Shown: in pieces, positions 28,242 through 37,500 of the stretch
Layout: every line of letters begins with the position of its first letter
Numbering within the stretch: position 1 is the first letter of the stretch
Origin: Minisyncoccota bacterium
GTDB lineage: Bacteria > Patescibacteriota > Minisyncoccia > Phycocordibacterales > Phycocordibacteraceae
NCBI GenBank assembly: GCA_035547315.1
Contig: DASZVH010000001.1
Location: forward strand, 1 to 58,458
Direction of reading: 5' to 3'
Length of the DNA: 58,458 nucleotides
The notes under the pieces: generated by a model
Databases searched by the model: none
Told to the model about the DNA's origin: nothing
What the model saw: only the letters and a program-made list of their open reading frames with translations
Made by a program: the position numbers and the translations under genes

Positions 28242-29363
28242 ATGCGCACCGATCTCCTCGCTGTCCTTGCGGCCGTGGCGGCGGCGCTTTTCGTCGGCTA
28301 TTTCAGCACCGGGGTGAGCGTCGTGCGCGGGCGCGCGGGCGCGCCGGCAGCATCGACGACGCTTGCGGGCCTCGCCCCCGCGCCCCTGCCCTCGCTCGAT
28401 CTCCCGGGGCTCGCGAGCAGCACGGAGCGCGCGGGCGCCGCGACAAGCGCCCCCGCCGAGGCGGCGCCCGCCCTCCCGCCGCCAGCGGCAGGCGCGCCGC
28501 GCCCGACAGTCGCGGCTCCCGAGCCCGCGCTCCCCGCGGGCGACCTCTCTGCCGCCTCCGACATCCTGCGCCCCGCGCTCGTTAATATCCTCTGCATCTC
28601 CCCCGCCGGCTCGGGCCTCGAGTCCATCTCGGGGAGCGGCGTCTTGATCACGAACAGCGGCATCATCCTCACCAACGCGCACATCGGCCAGTATTTCTTG
28701 CTCGCGGACAAGGGAGTTTCTTGCGCGATCCGCACCGGCAGCCCGGCCACGACGCGCTACCGCGCAGCGCCTATCTTCGTCTCTCCCGCCTGGCTCTCCG
28801 CCAACCCGAACGTCTTGGTCGAGTCCGCGCCGGTGGGCACCGGGGAGCACGACTTCGCCCTCCTCGCGATCGACGCGACGGTCGACGGGAGCCCTTTGCC
28901 GGGCGTTTTCCCCTTCGTCCCGCTCGCGCAGGATCCGCCCGTGCTCGGCGAGCCGGTGGTCATCGGCTCATACGCCGCGCAGTTCTTGAAGGCGAGCGAG
29001 GTCGAGAACGCGCTCTCCGCCACGCTCGTCTACGGCAGCGTCGCAAACGTCTACACCTTCTCGGCCAGCTCGGTCGACGTCGTCTCGCTCGGCGGCTCCG
29101 CCGCGGCGCAGGAGGGCTCTTCAGGCGGGGGCGCCGTCGACGCCTCGGGCGAGCTTGCTGCGACCATCACCACCAGCACCACCGAGGGCAACACGGCCTC
29201 GCGCGAGCTCAACGCGATTACCGCCTCGTATATCCGCCGCGACTATAGCGCTCAGGTCGGCGCGCCGCTCGGCGCGCTCCTCGCCGCTCCCGTTGAGAGC
29301 GATATTGAGAGCTTTGCCGCGCAGATCCCTGCGCTCGAGGCGAAACTCACGCTCCCCCGCTAG
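28242..29363 (+). CDS. Membrane-anchored trypsin-like (S1) serine protease
   Basis: Triad motifs LTNAHI, HDFALL and GSSGG; N-terminal TM with Pro/Ala linker. Confidence 0.88.
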   Translation: MRTDLLAVLAAVAAALFVGYFSTGVSVVRGRAGAPAASTTLAGLAPAPLPSLDLPGLASSTERAGAATSAPAEAAPALPPPAAGAPRPTVAAPEPALPAGDLSAASDILRPALVNILCISPAGSGLESISGSGVLITNSGIILTNAHIGQYFLLADKGVSCAIRTGSPATTRYRAAPIFVSPAWLSANPNVLVESAPVGTGEHDFALLAIDATVDGSPLPGVFPFVPLAQDPPVLGEPVVIGSYAAQFLKASEVENALSATLVYGSVANVYTFSASSVDVVSLGGSAAAQEGSSGGGAVDASGELAATITTSTTEGNTASRELNAITASYIRRDYSAQVGAPLGALLAAPVESDIESFAAQIPALEAKLTLPR

Positions 29364-29434
29364 TCGGGCCGCTGGGAATCGAACCCAGTCTACGTCCTCC
29401 CAAAGGACGCGTACTACCGTCATACGCCGGCCCG
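29364..29434 (-). tRNA. tRNA-Pro(TGG), CCA not encoded
   Basis: CGGGCCG acceptor, CGTCC-TTTGGGA-GGACG anticodon arm, GGTTCGATTCC; followed by CTA. Confidence 0.93.
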
Positions 29435-29445
29435 TTCGCCCCACT

Positions 29446-29841
29446 CTACACGATTTGCGGCAGGTATTTCACGAGCGCCTTGCCGTCCCGCCGCCGCAGC
29501 CACACGAGGCAGCCGTCTACTTGCCACTCCCCTTCCCAGTGCTTCTCGAGGCAATACCACTCGGCCGTGCGCGCCACTTTGCGCAGCTTCGATTCGTGCA
29601 GATTCAAGGACGGGTCGTATTCATCGCGCGCTGAGCTTTCGTCCGAGAACTCGTCGGCGAGGACCGTCTTCACCTCTACTATGTGGAGCAGGTCTCTCTC
29701 TTGCGCGACGAGGTCGAGCTCTCCGGTCTTGCGCGCGACATTGCGATCAATCACCTTGAAGCCGCGCCGCCGCAGATACTCCGCGGCAATAGCCTCGCCC
29801 AAGTTGCCGATCTCCTTTCTGGATTTGTGAGTCAAATCCAT
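29446..29841 (-). CDS. YraN family putative endonuclease
   Basis: G..GEAIAAEYL...G, RN, GELDLVA, VEVKT. Confidence 0.92.
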   Translation of the reverse strand: MDLTHKSRKEIGNLGEAIAAEYLRRRGFKVIDRNVARKTGELDLVAQERDLLHIVEVKTVLADEFSDESSARDEYDPSLNLHESKLRKVARTAEWYCLEKHWEGEWQVDGCLVWLRRRDGKALVKYLPQIV

Positions 29842-29960
29842 GCCCTTTAATTATACCGCTTAGATGCTCGGCTTTCCTCGGACAGATGAAGAGCTTCATG
29901 TCCTTTATCCCCAATGTCCACATGTTTTTGCACACCCCCCGAACTAGCGTGCCTGCGCTA

Positions 29961-29976
29961 CGAAGCCTTGGCGAAG
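29961..29976. repeat. Short interspersed REP-like element
   Basis: CGAAGCCTTGGCGAA is identical at 29961-29975 and 46986-47000; variants at 56186, 20178 and 12531. Confidence 0.6.
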
Positions 29977-29979
29977 TAG

Positions 29980-30050
29980 TGCGGTTAGGGAGAATCGAAC
30001 TCCCGTCTCGTCCTTGGCAAGGACGCGTTCTACCACTAAACCATAACCGC
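29980..30050 (-). tRNA. tRNA-Gly(GCC), CCA not encoded
   Basis: GCGGTTA acceptor, CGTCC-TTGCCAA-GGACG, GAGTTCGATTCTC; followed by CTA. Confidence 0.95.
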
Positions 30051-30069
30051 GTTAGCGAGCACTATATCA

Positions 30070-30141
30070 TGCCTCGGCCAGGAATCGAACCCAGAATTCG
30101 ACGTCCGAAGCGTCGCGTGATATCCGTTTCACCACCGAGGC
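30070..30141 (-). tRNA. tRNA-Arg(TCG), CCA not encoded
   Basis: GCCTCGG/CCGAGGC acceptor, CGACG-CTTCGGA-CGTCG anticodon arm, GGTTCGATTCC T-loop (T-stem has two G-U pairs). Confidence 0.9.
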
Positions 30142-30180
30142 GCTGTACGGAGAGTAGCATACTGATGCTAGTATCTGGCT

Positions 30181-31662
30181 ATGTCCCGCCCCGCCCCAAG
30201 CGGCTCCTTCCCTGTTCCGCCGGCGGTCGCTGCGGTCGCCCGCACGCTTGCGCAGGCCGGCCATGAGGCCTACTTCGTCGGGGGCTGCGTGCGCGATCTC
30301 CTCATCGGCCGCGAACCCAAAGATTGGGACGTGACCACCAACGCCGACCCGGCGCAGATACAGGCCCTATTCCCCGATTCCTTCTACGAGAACGACTTCG
30401 GCACCGTGGGGGTCAAGACCGGCTCGGGCGACCCGACGACGGAAATCGTAGAGGTGACTCCTTATCGCACCGAGTCGGGCTATAGCGACAAGCGTCGGCC
30501 GGACGCCGTGGCCTTCGGCCATTCGCTCGAGGAGGATCTCGCGCGGCGCGACTTTACCATCAACGCCATCGCCATGGATGTTAAGGGACATATCGTTGAC
30601 CCTTATAAAGGACAAAAGGACATAGAGACAAAGGTCATCCGCGCGGTAGGCGACCCTTTAATCCGATTCGAGGAGGATGCACTGCGGCTTATGCGGGCTG
30701 TCCGCCTGGTGGCGCAACTCGGCTTCGCTCTCGATAGCGAGACGGCGGCCGCGATACAGCAAAAGGCCGCTAATCTAAGCCATATCTCACGGGAGCGGGT
30801 ACGCGACGAGCTCATCCGCATTTTGGAGTCGCAACAGCCGATGACTGCTCTCGTGCTTGCCCAGCAGCTGGGCATTTTGGCATTTATTGCGCCCGATCTT
30901 AGCCGCGGCGTCGGCGTGGAGCAAAATCAGGCCCACAGCTACGACGTCTTCGGCCACCTTATGCGGAGCATGCAGCATGCTGCTGACAAGGGCTGGGACT
31001 TCGACATACGTCTTGCCGCCCTCTTCCACGATGTCTCTAAGCCGGAGACCCGTCGTTGGTCTGATGAAAAGAAGGACTGGACCTTTCATGGGCATGAGGT
31101 AGTCGGTTCACGTGTAACGAAAAAAGCTCTCGAAGACCTTCATTTTTCACGCGAAACAATAGAAAGAGTCGTGAAACTCGTGCGATGGCACATGTTTTTC
31201 TCCGATCCAGACCAGGTGACCCTCTCCGCAGTGCGGCGCGTGATTACCAATGTTGGGAAGGAGAATATCGATGACCTCCTTAAGCTCCGCATCTGCGACC
31301 GCATCGGGACGGGGCGGCCCAAGGAGCAGCCCTTTCGCCTGCGTAAGTACATGGCGATGGTGGATCAGGCGCTCCGCGATCCGATCAGCGTTGGGATGCT
31401 CAAGACTAACGGCAGCCAGATCATGGAGAAGTTCCACGTGCAACCGGGGCCGGTCATCGGCTGGACCTTGAACGCGCTCCTCGAAGAGGTCCTCGATGAC
31501 CCTAAGCGCAATACTCCCGATTATCTCGATAATCGAACAGCCGAGCTGCTCGCGATGCCGCCTGAGGAGCTCAGGACGCTGGGCGAATCCGGCAAGCAAA
31601 AGAGGGAAGAACGCGAGGATCAGGAAGTGCGCGAAATAATGGAGAAGCATCACGTGTGCTAG
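30181..31662 (+). CDS. cca: CCA tRNA nucleotidyltransferase with HD domain
   Basis: VGGCVRDLL, DWD, EEDLARRDFTINA, EDALRLMRAVR, SRERV, HD domain (H.YDV..H, HDVSK, HGHE). Confidence 0.93.
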   Translation: MSRPAPSGSFPVPPAVAAVARTLAQAGHEAYFVGGCVRDLLIGREPKDWDVTTNADPAQIQALFPDSFYENDFGTVGVKTGSGDPTTEIVEVTPYRTESGYSDKRRPDAVAFGHSLEEDLARRDFTINAIAMDVKGHIVDPYKGQKDIETKVIRAVGDPLIRFEEDALRLMRAVRLVAQLGFALDSETAAAIQQKAANLSHISRERVRDELIRILESQQPMTALVLAQQLGILAFIAPDLSRGVGVEQNQAHSYDVFGHLMRSMQHAADKGWDFDIRLAALFHDVSKPETRRWSDEKKDWTFHGHEVVGSRVTKKALEDLHFSRETIERVVKLVRWHMFFSDPDQVTLSAVRRVITNVGKENIDDLLKLRICDRIGTGRPKEQPFRLRKYMAMVDQALRDPISVGMLKTNGSQIMEKFHVQPGPVIGWTLNALLEEVLDDPKRNTPDYLDNRTAELLAMPPEELRTLGESGKQKREEREDQEVREIMEKHHVC

Positions 31663-31721
31663 CCGTAATGGCTAGCACATACCGAGGCAGGCGGGAGATC
31701 AGGTTCCACGCGGAACGAGTA

Positions 31722-31975
31722 AACAAAAAGCCGCCCTATGACTTAGAGGTCGAAGGAGCGGGGCAAATATGATGACCTCTTAGGAGTGGGCGGGCGGCTT
31801 TTAGTTGCACAAAGAGCAGAGCGTTTCGCGTGAACCAGGACCCAAAGGCAGGTTCGTGGATGCGCCACGGCGTTGGCCAGGCCACGGATCAGCTGACTGA
31901 TGAAAGATCGCGCAAAGAACAGCCGAAAGCCAGCTGTCCTTGTGCGAGCTCAAGGTTAGCCAACCTCCTTTGCGT
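31722..31975 (-). ncRNA. Candidate structured small RNA (or small-peptide mRNA)
   Basis: Lies between a predicted promoter (31976-32003) and a terminator-like stem AAAAGCCGCCC/GGGCGGCTTTT. Includes a 13-bp helix (31911-31946) whose wobble pair forms only on the minus strand. Confidence 0.5.
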
Positions 31976-32030
31976 ATTCTAATGTCCTTTATCCTCGTGT
32001 AAAGGACACCCCTGTGGACAATGTCCTTTA
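31976..32030 (-). promoter_or_regulatory. Promoter overlapped by a triple TGTCCTTTA repeat
   Basis: Minus-strand TTTACA-N16-TAGAAT. TGTCCTTTA at 31983-31991 and 32022-32030, inverted TAAAGGACA at 32000-32008. Confidence 0.5.
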
Positions 32031-32828
32031 ATCGAGCGTGAGAGAAACAGGACAGTGGTCGGAGCCCATGAGCTCGGGGTGGATCTCGGCCTTTTTGATC
32101 TTGCGCGCGAGGGCGTGGCTCGCGAAGAGGTAGTCGATGCGCCAGCCCACGTTGCGCTCGCGCGCGTGCTGCCAGTGGGTCCACCAGGTGTAGGCGTCTT
32201 TTTCTTCGGGATGCAGATGCCGGAAGGTGTCAACGAAGCCGGCCTTGATGATCGCTTCTGCGCCCGCGCGCTCCTCTTTGGTGTAGCCGTGCTCGCCCTC
32301 GTTCTCCTTGGGGTGGGCGAGATCGATGGGGGAGCGGGCGACGTTCAAATCCCCGCCGAAGATGACAGGCTTTTCTTCCTCCAGCCGCTTCATGTATTCG
32401 AGGAAGGCCGGATCCCACTGCTTGTGGCGGAGCGCGAGGCGGGAGAGGTCGCCCTTGGAGTTGGGAGTGTAGACCGAGACGGCGAAAAGGTCGCCCAGAT
32501 CGGCCGCGATGACGCGGCCTTCTTCCGCCGGGTTGCCATAGTCGTCGCCCGCGAGCGTATATTTCTCGACTAGATCCGCCGGGAGGCCGAAGCGCACGTC
32601 TTCCGGCGTGCGCTTGGTGAAGACGGCGACGCCGCTGTAGCCCTTCTTATGTTTTGCCGACTCCCAGAACTCCTCATAGGCGGGGAGGTCGAGCGGCGAC
32701 TCGTGCTCCTGCGCCTTCGTCTCCTGCAGGAGGAGAATGTCCGGCTTCAAGGCCTTGAGCATGTGCTCAAAATCGCCCTTCTTGTGCACGGCGCGGATGC
32801 CGTTGACGTTCCAGGAGACGATCCGCAT
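32028..32828 (-). CDS. xth: Exodeoxyribonuclease III / AP endonuclease
   Basis: SWNVNGIRA, LQETK, GYSGVA, EGR, YTPNS, GDLNVA, GWRIDY, SDHCP. Confidence 0.97.
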   Translation of the reverse strand: MRIVSWNVNGIRAVHKKGDFEHMLKALKPDILLLQETKAQEHESPLDLPAYEEFWESAKHKKGYSGVAVFTKRTPEDVRFGLPADLVEKYTLAGDDYGNPAEEGRVIAADLGDLFAVSVYTPNSKGDLSRLALRHKQWDPAFLEYMKRLEEEKPVIFGGDLNVARSPIDLAHPKENEGEHGYTKEERAGAEAIIKAGFVDTFRHLHPEEKDAYTWWTHWQHARERNVGWRIDYLFASHALARKIKKAEIHPELMGSDHCPVSLTLD

Positions 32829-32889
32829 ACGCAACCGATGGTAGCACAACGCGGTTTATAAAGACGGACGCACTCAAGAGGAGCTACCC

Positions 32890-33204
32890 ATGTGCGACAT
32901 ACGCGAAGCGCGGCGCGTGCGGAACGCGCAGTTCCTCGCCTCGATACCCAAACGGCGGGAGCTGACAAAGGAGGAAACGGAGCGCGCGCTCAGAGCCTGC
33001 AATCTGCTCAACGCAATGCGCGAGACCTTCGGCATGGGCGACATCGCGTCGCTCGGGGCCGCCGGGCTCAAAGGACCCTATTGCCGGTATCTGCACGATC
33101 TCTCACTCATCCCCGACGCGGCGCTCGAATTCTTCCGCGAGGCGCTGCTGCCCGCATCCGATTTCCGTATCGCGCGCATCAAACGCAACGAGGTCCCGAC
33201 CTAG
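32890..33204 (+). CDS. Hypothetical protein
   Basis: 104-aa ORF with GAGGAG RBS, followed by hairpin GAGGTCCCGAC/GTCGGGGCCTC. Confidence 0.55.
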   Translation: MCDIREARRVRNAQFLASIPKRRELTKEETERALRACNLLNAMRETFGMGDIASLGAAGLKGPYCRYLHDLSLIPDAALEFFREALLPASDFRIARIKRNEVPT

Positions 33205-33213
33205 TCGGGGCCT

Positions 33214-34128
33214 CTAGCTATGCGAGTGGTACTTCTTATGCACCTCGCGCAGGTGGGAGTCGGTGATATGCGTGTAGATCTGCGTGGTGTTGATGGAGGC
33301 GTGGCCGAGGAGCTGCTGGACGCTCCGTAAATCGGCGCCGTTCCCGAGGAGGTCGGTCGCGAAAGCGTGGCGCAGGATGTGCGGCGTGACCTTCTTTGTG
33401 ATGCCGGCCATCGCGGCGTATGTTTTCAAATGCCGCTGGACGTCGCGCGGCGTGATGCGGTGCAGTTTGGTCTCCCGCCCGTCGAGGAAGAGCGCCTCCT
33501 CCATATCCTTGCGCGCCTTGAGATACTCGCGCACCGCCTGCTTGGCGCTCTCGGAGAGGAAGACGACGCGCACTTTCTCGCCCTTGCCGCGCACCGAGAG
33601 GTCGTCGCGCGAGAGGTCGAGGTCGCTGTCGAGCGCGCAGAGCTCGGAGACGCGCAGCCCGGTGGAGAAGAGGAGCTCGAGTATGGCTTTATCGCGAAGA
33701 TACGCGCGCCGTTTGTGCTCGTCTTTCTCCTTCGCGAGCGCCTCGGCGGGCGCTTTCATTAGTCGGGAGAGTTCCGCGGTTGTAATCAGCGTGATCTCGC
33801 GCTCAGGGAGCTTGGCGAGCTCGATGCGCTCCGGAGAGAGCGCCTCGACGCCGCGCTTGCGCAGATATTTGAGGAATGCGCGCAGCGCGATCATGTAGTA
33901 GTTCTGGGTGCGGCGCTTCATCGGGCCGTTCTGCGCTCCCGGCTGCCGGTTGAGCCAGAGGCGGAACTCGCGCACGTTCTGCTCGGTGATCTCGCTCGTA
34001 TCCTTGACGCCCATCTGGGCGAAGTAGCGGGTGAGATAGCGCTCATAGTTCTCGGTCGTCTTGACCGCGCGGCCGCGCTCGATCTCGAGATGCTCCAGAA
34101 ACTCTCGCTTGGCGCGCATCGACTCCAT
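33214..34128 (-). CDS. XerC/XerD-like tyrosine recombinase
   Basis: STGLRVSEL (R), GKGEKVR (K), TPHILRH (HxxR), LLGHA (H), TTQIYTH (Y). Confidence 0.95.
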   Translation of the reverse strand: MESMRAKREFLEHLEIERGRAVKTTENYERYLTRYFAQMGVKDTSEITEQNVREFRLWLNRQPGAQNGPMKRRTQNYYMIALRAFLKYLRKRGVEALSPERIELAKLPEREITLITTAELSRLMKAPAEALAKEKDEHKRRAYLRDKAILELLFSTGLRVSELCALDSDLDLSRDDLSVRGKGEKVRVVFLSESAKQAVREYLKARKDMEEALFLDGRETKLHRITPRDVQRHLKTYAAMAGITKKVTPHILRHAFATDLLGNGADLRSVQQLLGHASINTTQIYTHITDSHLREVHKKYHSHS

Positions 34129-34162
34129 GGGGCCATTCTACCCTGGCGCGCCGCGCGCGATA

Positions 34163-34597
34163 CTAGGCCGCGGGCTTGCGGAGCTTGCCGGCAAGCACGA
34201 TGCCGAGCGCGGCGAGCGCGTAGAGGACGGCGAGCGCGCGGGCGGCTGCGGCGCTCTCGATCGCGCCGCCGAGCGGGAGCCCGACAGGGAAGATGCCGAA
34301 GATGATGAAAAGCATCAGCGGCACATACCAGAGCGAGAATTTCACGAAACGACTGAACGCGCGCTCATCGGCGAGGAGGAGGATGAGAGCGGTGGGAAGA
34401 AGCCACTCGCCGAGGATCATTAATGTAAGGCCCAGATTTAAATTTGGTGAGTTGCAAAACTTCCCCCACTGATCGTAACTAAATTCGCATGAATTTATAG
34501 TAAGGTTCTGGAACCAGGGGCCTCGAAAATACTGCCCGACTAAATAAATTAAACCGGCGATACCAAATGCCGATGCTTTCTTAAGCGCGAGCTTCAT
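34163..34597 (-). CDS. Small multi-pass membrane protein, candidate immunity protein
   Basis: From MKLALKK (144 aa), about four TM segments, ATG overlaps the lipase TGA (ATGA); 5' half AT-rich. Confidence 0.7.
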   Translation of the reverse strand: MKLALKKASAFGIAGLIYLVGQYFRGPWFQNLTINSCEFSYDQWGKFCNSPNLNLGLTLMILGEWLLPTALILLLADERAFSRFVKFSLWYVPLMLFIIFGIFPVGLPLGGAIESAAAARALAVLYALAALGIVLAGKLRKPAA

Positions 34598-37500
34598 AAC
34601 TTCAAGTATTGTATCAGCCCGAGCATCGAAGCCGCTTGATCCTCGCTTAGTTTCACCCCCGCTTGAGCGCCGATGAGCGTTTCGAGCCAGGAGACATCGG
34701 CTTGCGCGCTCGCGAGCTCGCCCGCCTCGCCCGCGAGCTTCTCGATCTGCGCGAGGAGGCGATTCTTCACCCCCGGCCGCGCCGAGAGCGCCGCGACCTC
34801 CTGCCGCAGGAGCGAGAGCGCGTCGGCCGGCGCGAGCGCTGCGGGGGTGTCGCTCGCCACCTCGAGGTCGATGACGCCGTCGCCGTCGATATCCACTTGC
34901 GGCTCGCTCGCCGCGCCGCCCTCGATTGAGAAGGCCATCGTCGTCGAGGCCGTGGTCGGGATCGCAGCGAAGCTCTCCTCGCTCTGCACCGCGCCCTCCG
35001 CGTCTACCTCCTCGACCTCGAGCGTGGTGGGGCCCTGCGCATAGCCGGCCGCCGCGACGGAGTATGAGCCCTCTTGCGGGAGCGTCAGATACTCCTCGCC
35101 GCTCTCGAGGTCGACGGCGCTCTCGGGGATATGCGCGACCGTGAGCGCGAGGCCGGTCCCGGCGGCCGGCACGACGCCGGTCTCGTTGCCCGAGGCGTCG
35201 GTCGCGATGATATTGACGGGAGAGTGAGAGCTGATGATGACAAGAGGATCTTTTTTGGTCGAGGGCTTTAATGAGGTCAGATAAAAATTCGAGATGGGTT
35301 GTCCCTTTATCAAATCGCTGAGTGTTTCTTGAATAGGCTGGGCAGAGGTAAGATCCTGATGAGAGAAATTTTGATGGAAGTCCGTTCCGTATTTTTTCAA
35401 ATTGAAATACCACGCATCGGCGATGTCGCCGAGCGCGGAGGGCGAGACAACGGTGCCATCGCCGTCCTCCGTCTTCTTTTCGGTGTGCTGGAGGATCGGC
35501 TTGAGCTCGCAATGGGCCGGATTAAGCGGGTCCGAGCGGCCGCAGGAGAGGATGTTGAAGGCGGCTTTGGTGTAGTCGAGCGTCGCGGGAGTGAGCGAGC
35601 CCCACCCGGCGATGGCGCTCACCGCGATCCCTGCGGGCGGCTGCCAGGAGTCGAGCGCTTGGTGGCCCTCTTCCGCTTTCTGGATCGCGGAGACCGGCAG
35701 CGGCAGCGGCGCCTTCAGCGTCGAATTGTCGAACTGCTCGTCGATGCCTTTTCCGTCGTCGATGAAAGACTCGAATGCGCCGAAGGCGCTGATCGCGCTG
35801 CCGTATGCGTCGACGAACGGCTTGAGCAGCGCGTTGTCGGAAAACTCGACGACCGGCGTCGCCACGTGCGTGAAGTAGGCGGGCGAGGGCAGGAGCGCGT
35901 AGGCGTCGGGAATGACCTCGGCCTCGGCGCGCACCGCCTTGGCCGAGACCAGGTCGAGCCCGAAGCCGAGCCCGATCGACTGGCCGTCGCCATGGAGGAG
36001 CGAGCCGACCGCGGCGGGCGTGCCGAACTGCGGCGTGCCGACCAGGATGATGCGGTCGATATAATCGGCGGCGCTCGGGCCAAGCTCCTGCGTCAGCGCT
36101 TTGGCGAGGAGGCCGCCGTTGCTGTGCGCGATGATAGTGACTTTGCCGGTGGGGGAGGAGCTCGCCATCTGCGCGACGACGTCGGCGAGATAGACGCGCG
36201 CGATCGAGCCGTCGGGCTCCTCGGTGAGCGTGCCGTTCTTGACCACGTCGAGCGGGTCATAGCGCCAGTCGTAGGGATACGCGCGCCACTCCTTGATCGT
36301 GCTCGAGGCGACGAGCCCGTCGAGGAATTGCTCGAGCCCGCCGTAGACCTCGAGGTCGCCCGGCGCGATCGCTTTGACGAGGCGCGCGATGATGCCCGGG
36401 TCCTGGCTCCAGATCGAGTCGATTATGTCTTTGGTGTAGAGATTGTTCGCGCTCGAGCCGTCCAGGTTGATGGCGAGATACTTGAGGTCCGCGTCGCTCG
36501 CGGGCTCCCAGACCCGCTTCTCCGTGTTACTCGAGAGCTTCATATATAAGCGGCTCGCCTCGGTGCCGGGGATAAAGAGGACGCTCGAGTGCCCTGGCGG
36601 GGGCGCGAGGAACGGGTCGGCGGAGAGCCAGGGAGCATAGGAGACCGCGCCGCTTACGCTCGCTCCCGCGCCTTCCGGATTCCCTGCGGGCTCGGCGGGG
36701 CCGCTCGGGTCGCCCCAGTAGTCGTCTTCAGCCGAGGTGGTGGCGCTGCCGTCGTTCTCGATGCCGAAAGCGCCGGCCGCGCCGATATCGCTCTCGTGGA
36801 TCGTGAGCTCGCCCGAGGCCACGCGCGCGCCGGCGGGCAGATGCACGCGCTCGAGGTCGCTCGCGCCCTCCTCCTCGAGCACGTCCCGGCCGATCGAGCC
36901 CGAGAAGGAGGTGTCGCTGATCGAGAGCGTCCCGCCGGCGTTGAAGAGGGCGCTCGAGCAGGGGCTCGCGTCGACCGAGTCGTCCGCGCAGAGGCTCCGA
37001 TCCCACTCCTCGCCGCCGTGATCGAGAGCCGCGTGCGCGAGCGAGAGCGTGCCTCCGCTCTCGATCGCGATGCCGGGCCAGCCGGCGGCCTGCGCCTGCG
37101 CGCTCGGCGCAAGCGTCACCGGCGCCTCCGCGTTCCCCTGAGCGGAGAACGCGCCGGAGATATCGAGCCCGCCGTGCGGGCCGAAGGCGAGCGTCGCCCC
37201 CGGCGCGGCCGAAACGCTCGTGCCCTCGTCTACCGCGATGTACTCCTCGATCTCGTTAGCATAGGGCGGCGGCGGAAAGACCTGGGTATCGGCGAGATCG
37301 CTCGCGTCCCACTCGAGCGCAAGCGGCGCGGACTCCGGCCCTGCGAGCAGGAGCCCGCCCTCCACCGAGCTCGCCTCCGCAATAGTATCCTCGGCGAGCC
37401 TGAGCGTGCCGCCCGCCAGGTCGACGCCGCGGCCGCCCTTCTGCGAGGCGCCGATGGTCGTGCCCTCGATCGTGGTCGAGGCGGTATCTTCGCCGAACCA

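Noticed and set aside
31895-31935. CTGATGA...GAAA resembling a hammerhead ribozyme core (plus strand)
   Set aside because: The intervening sequence forms no stem II and no matching stem I/III with an NUH site was found. Wobble pairs favour the minus strand.
33214-34128. Tyrosine recombinase as a prophage or island integrase
   Set aside because: The sequence is XerC/D-like with host-like codon usage, and no phage genes or att duplication flank it.
34163-35512. 449-aa ORF overlapping the lipase
   Set aside because: Only the last 144 aa, from ATG 34597, is a plausible protein; the rest is an alternative frame of the lipase.
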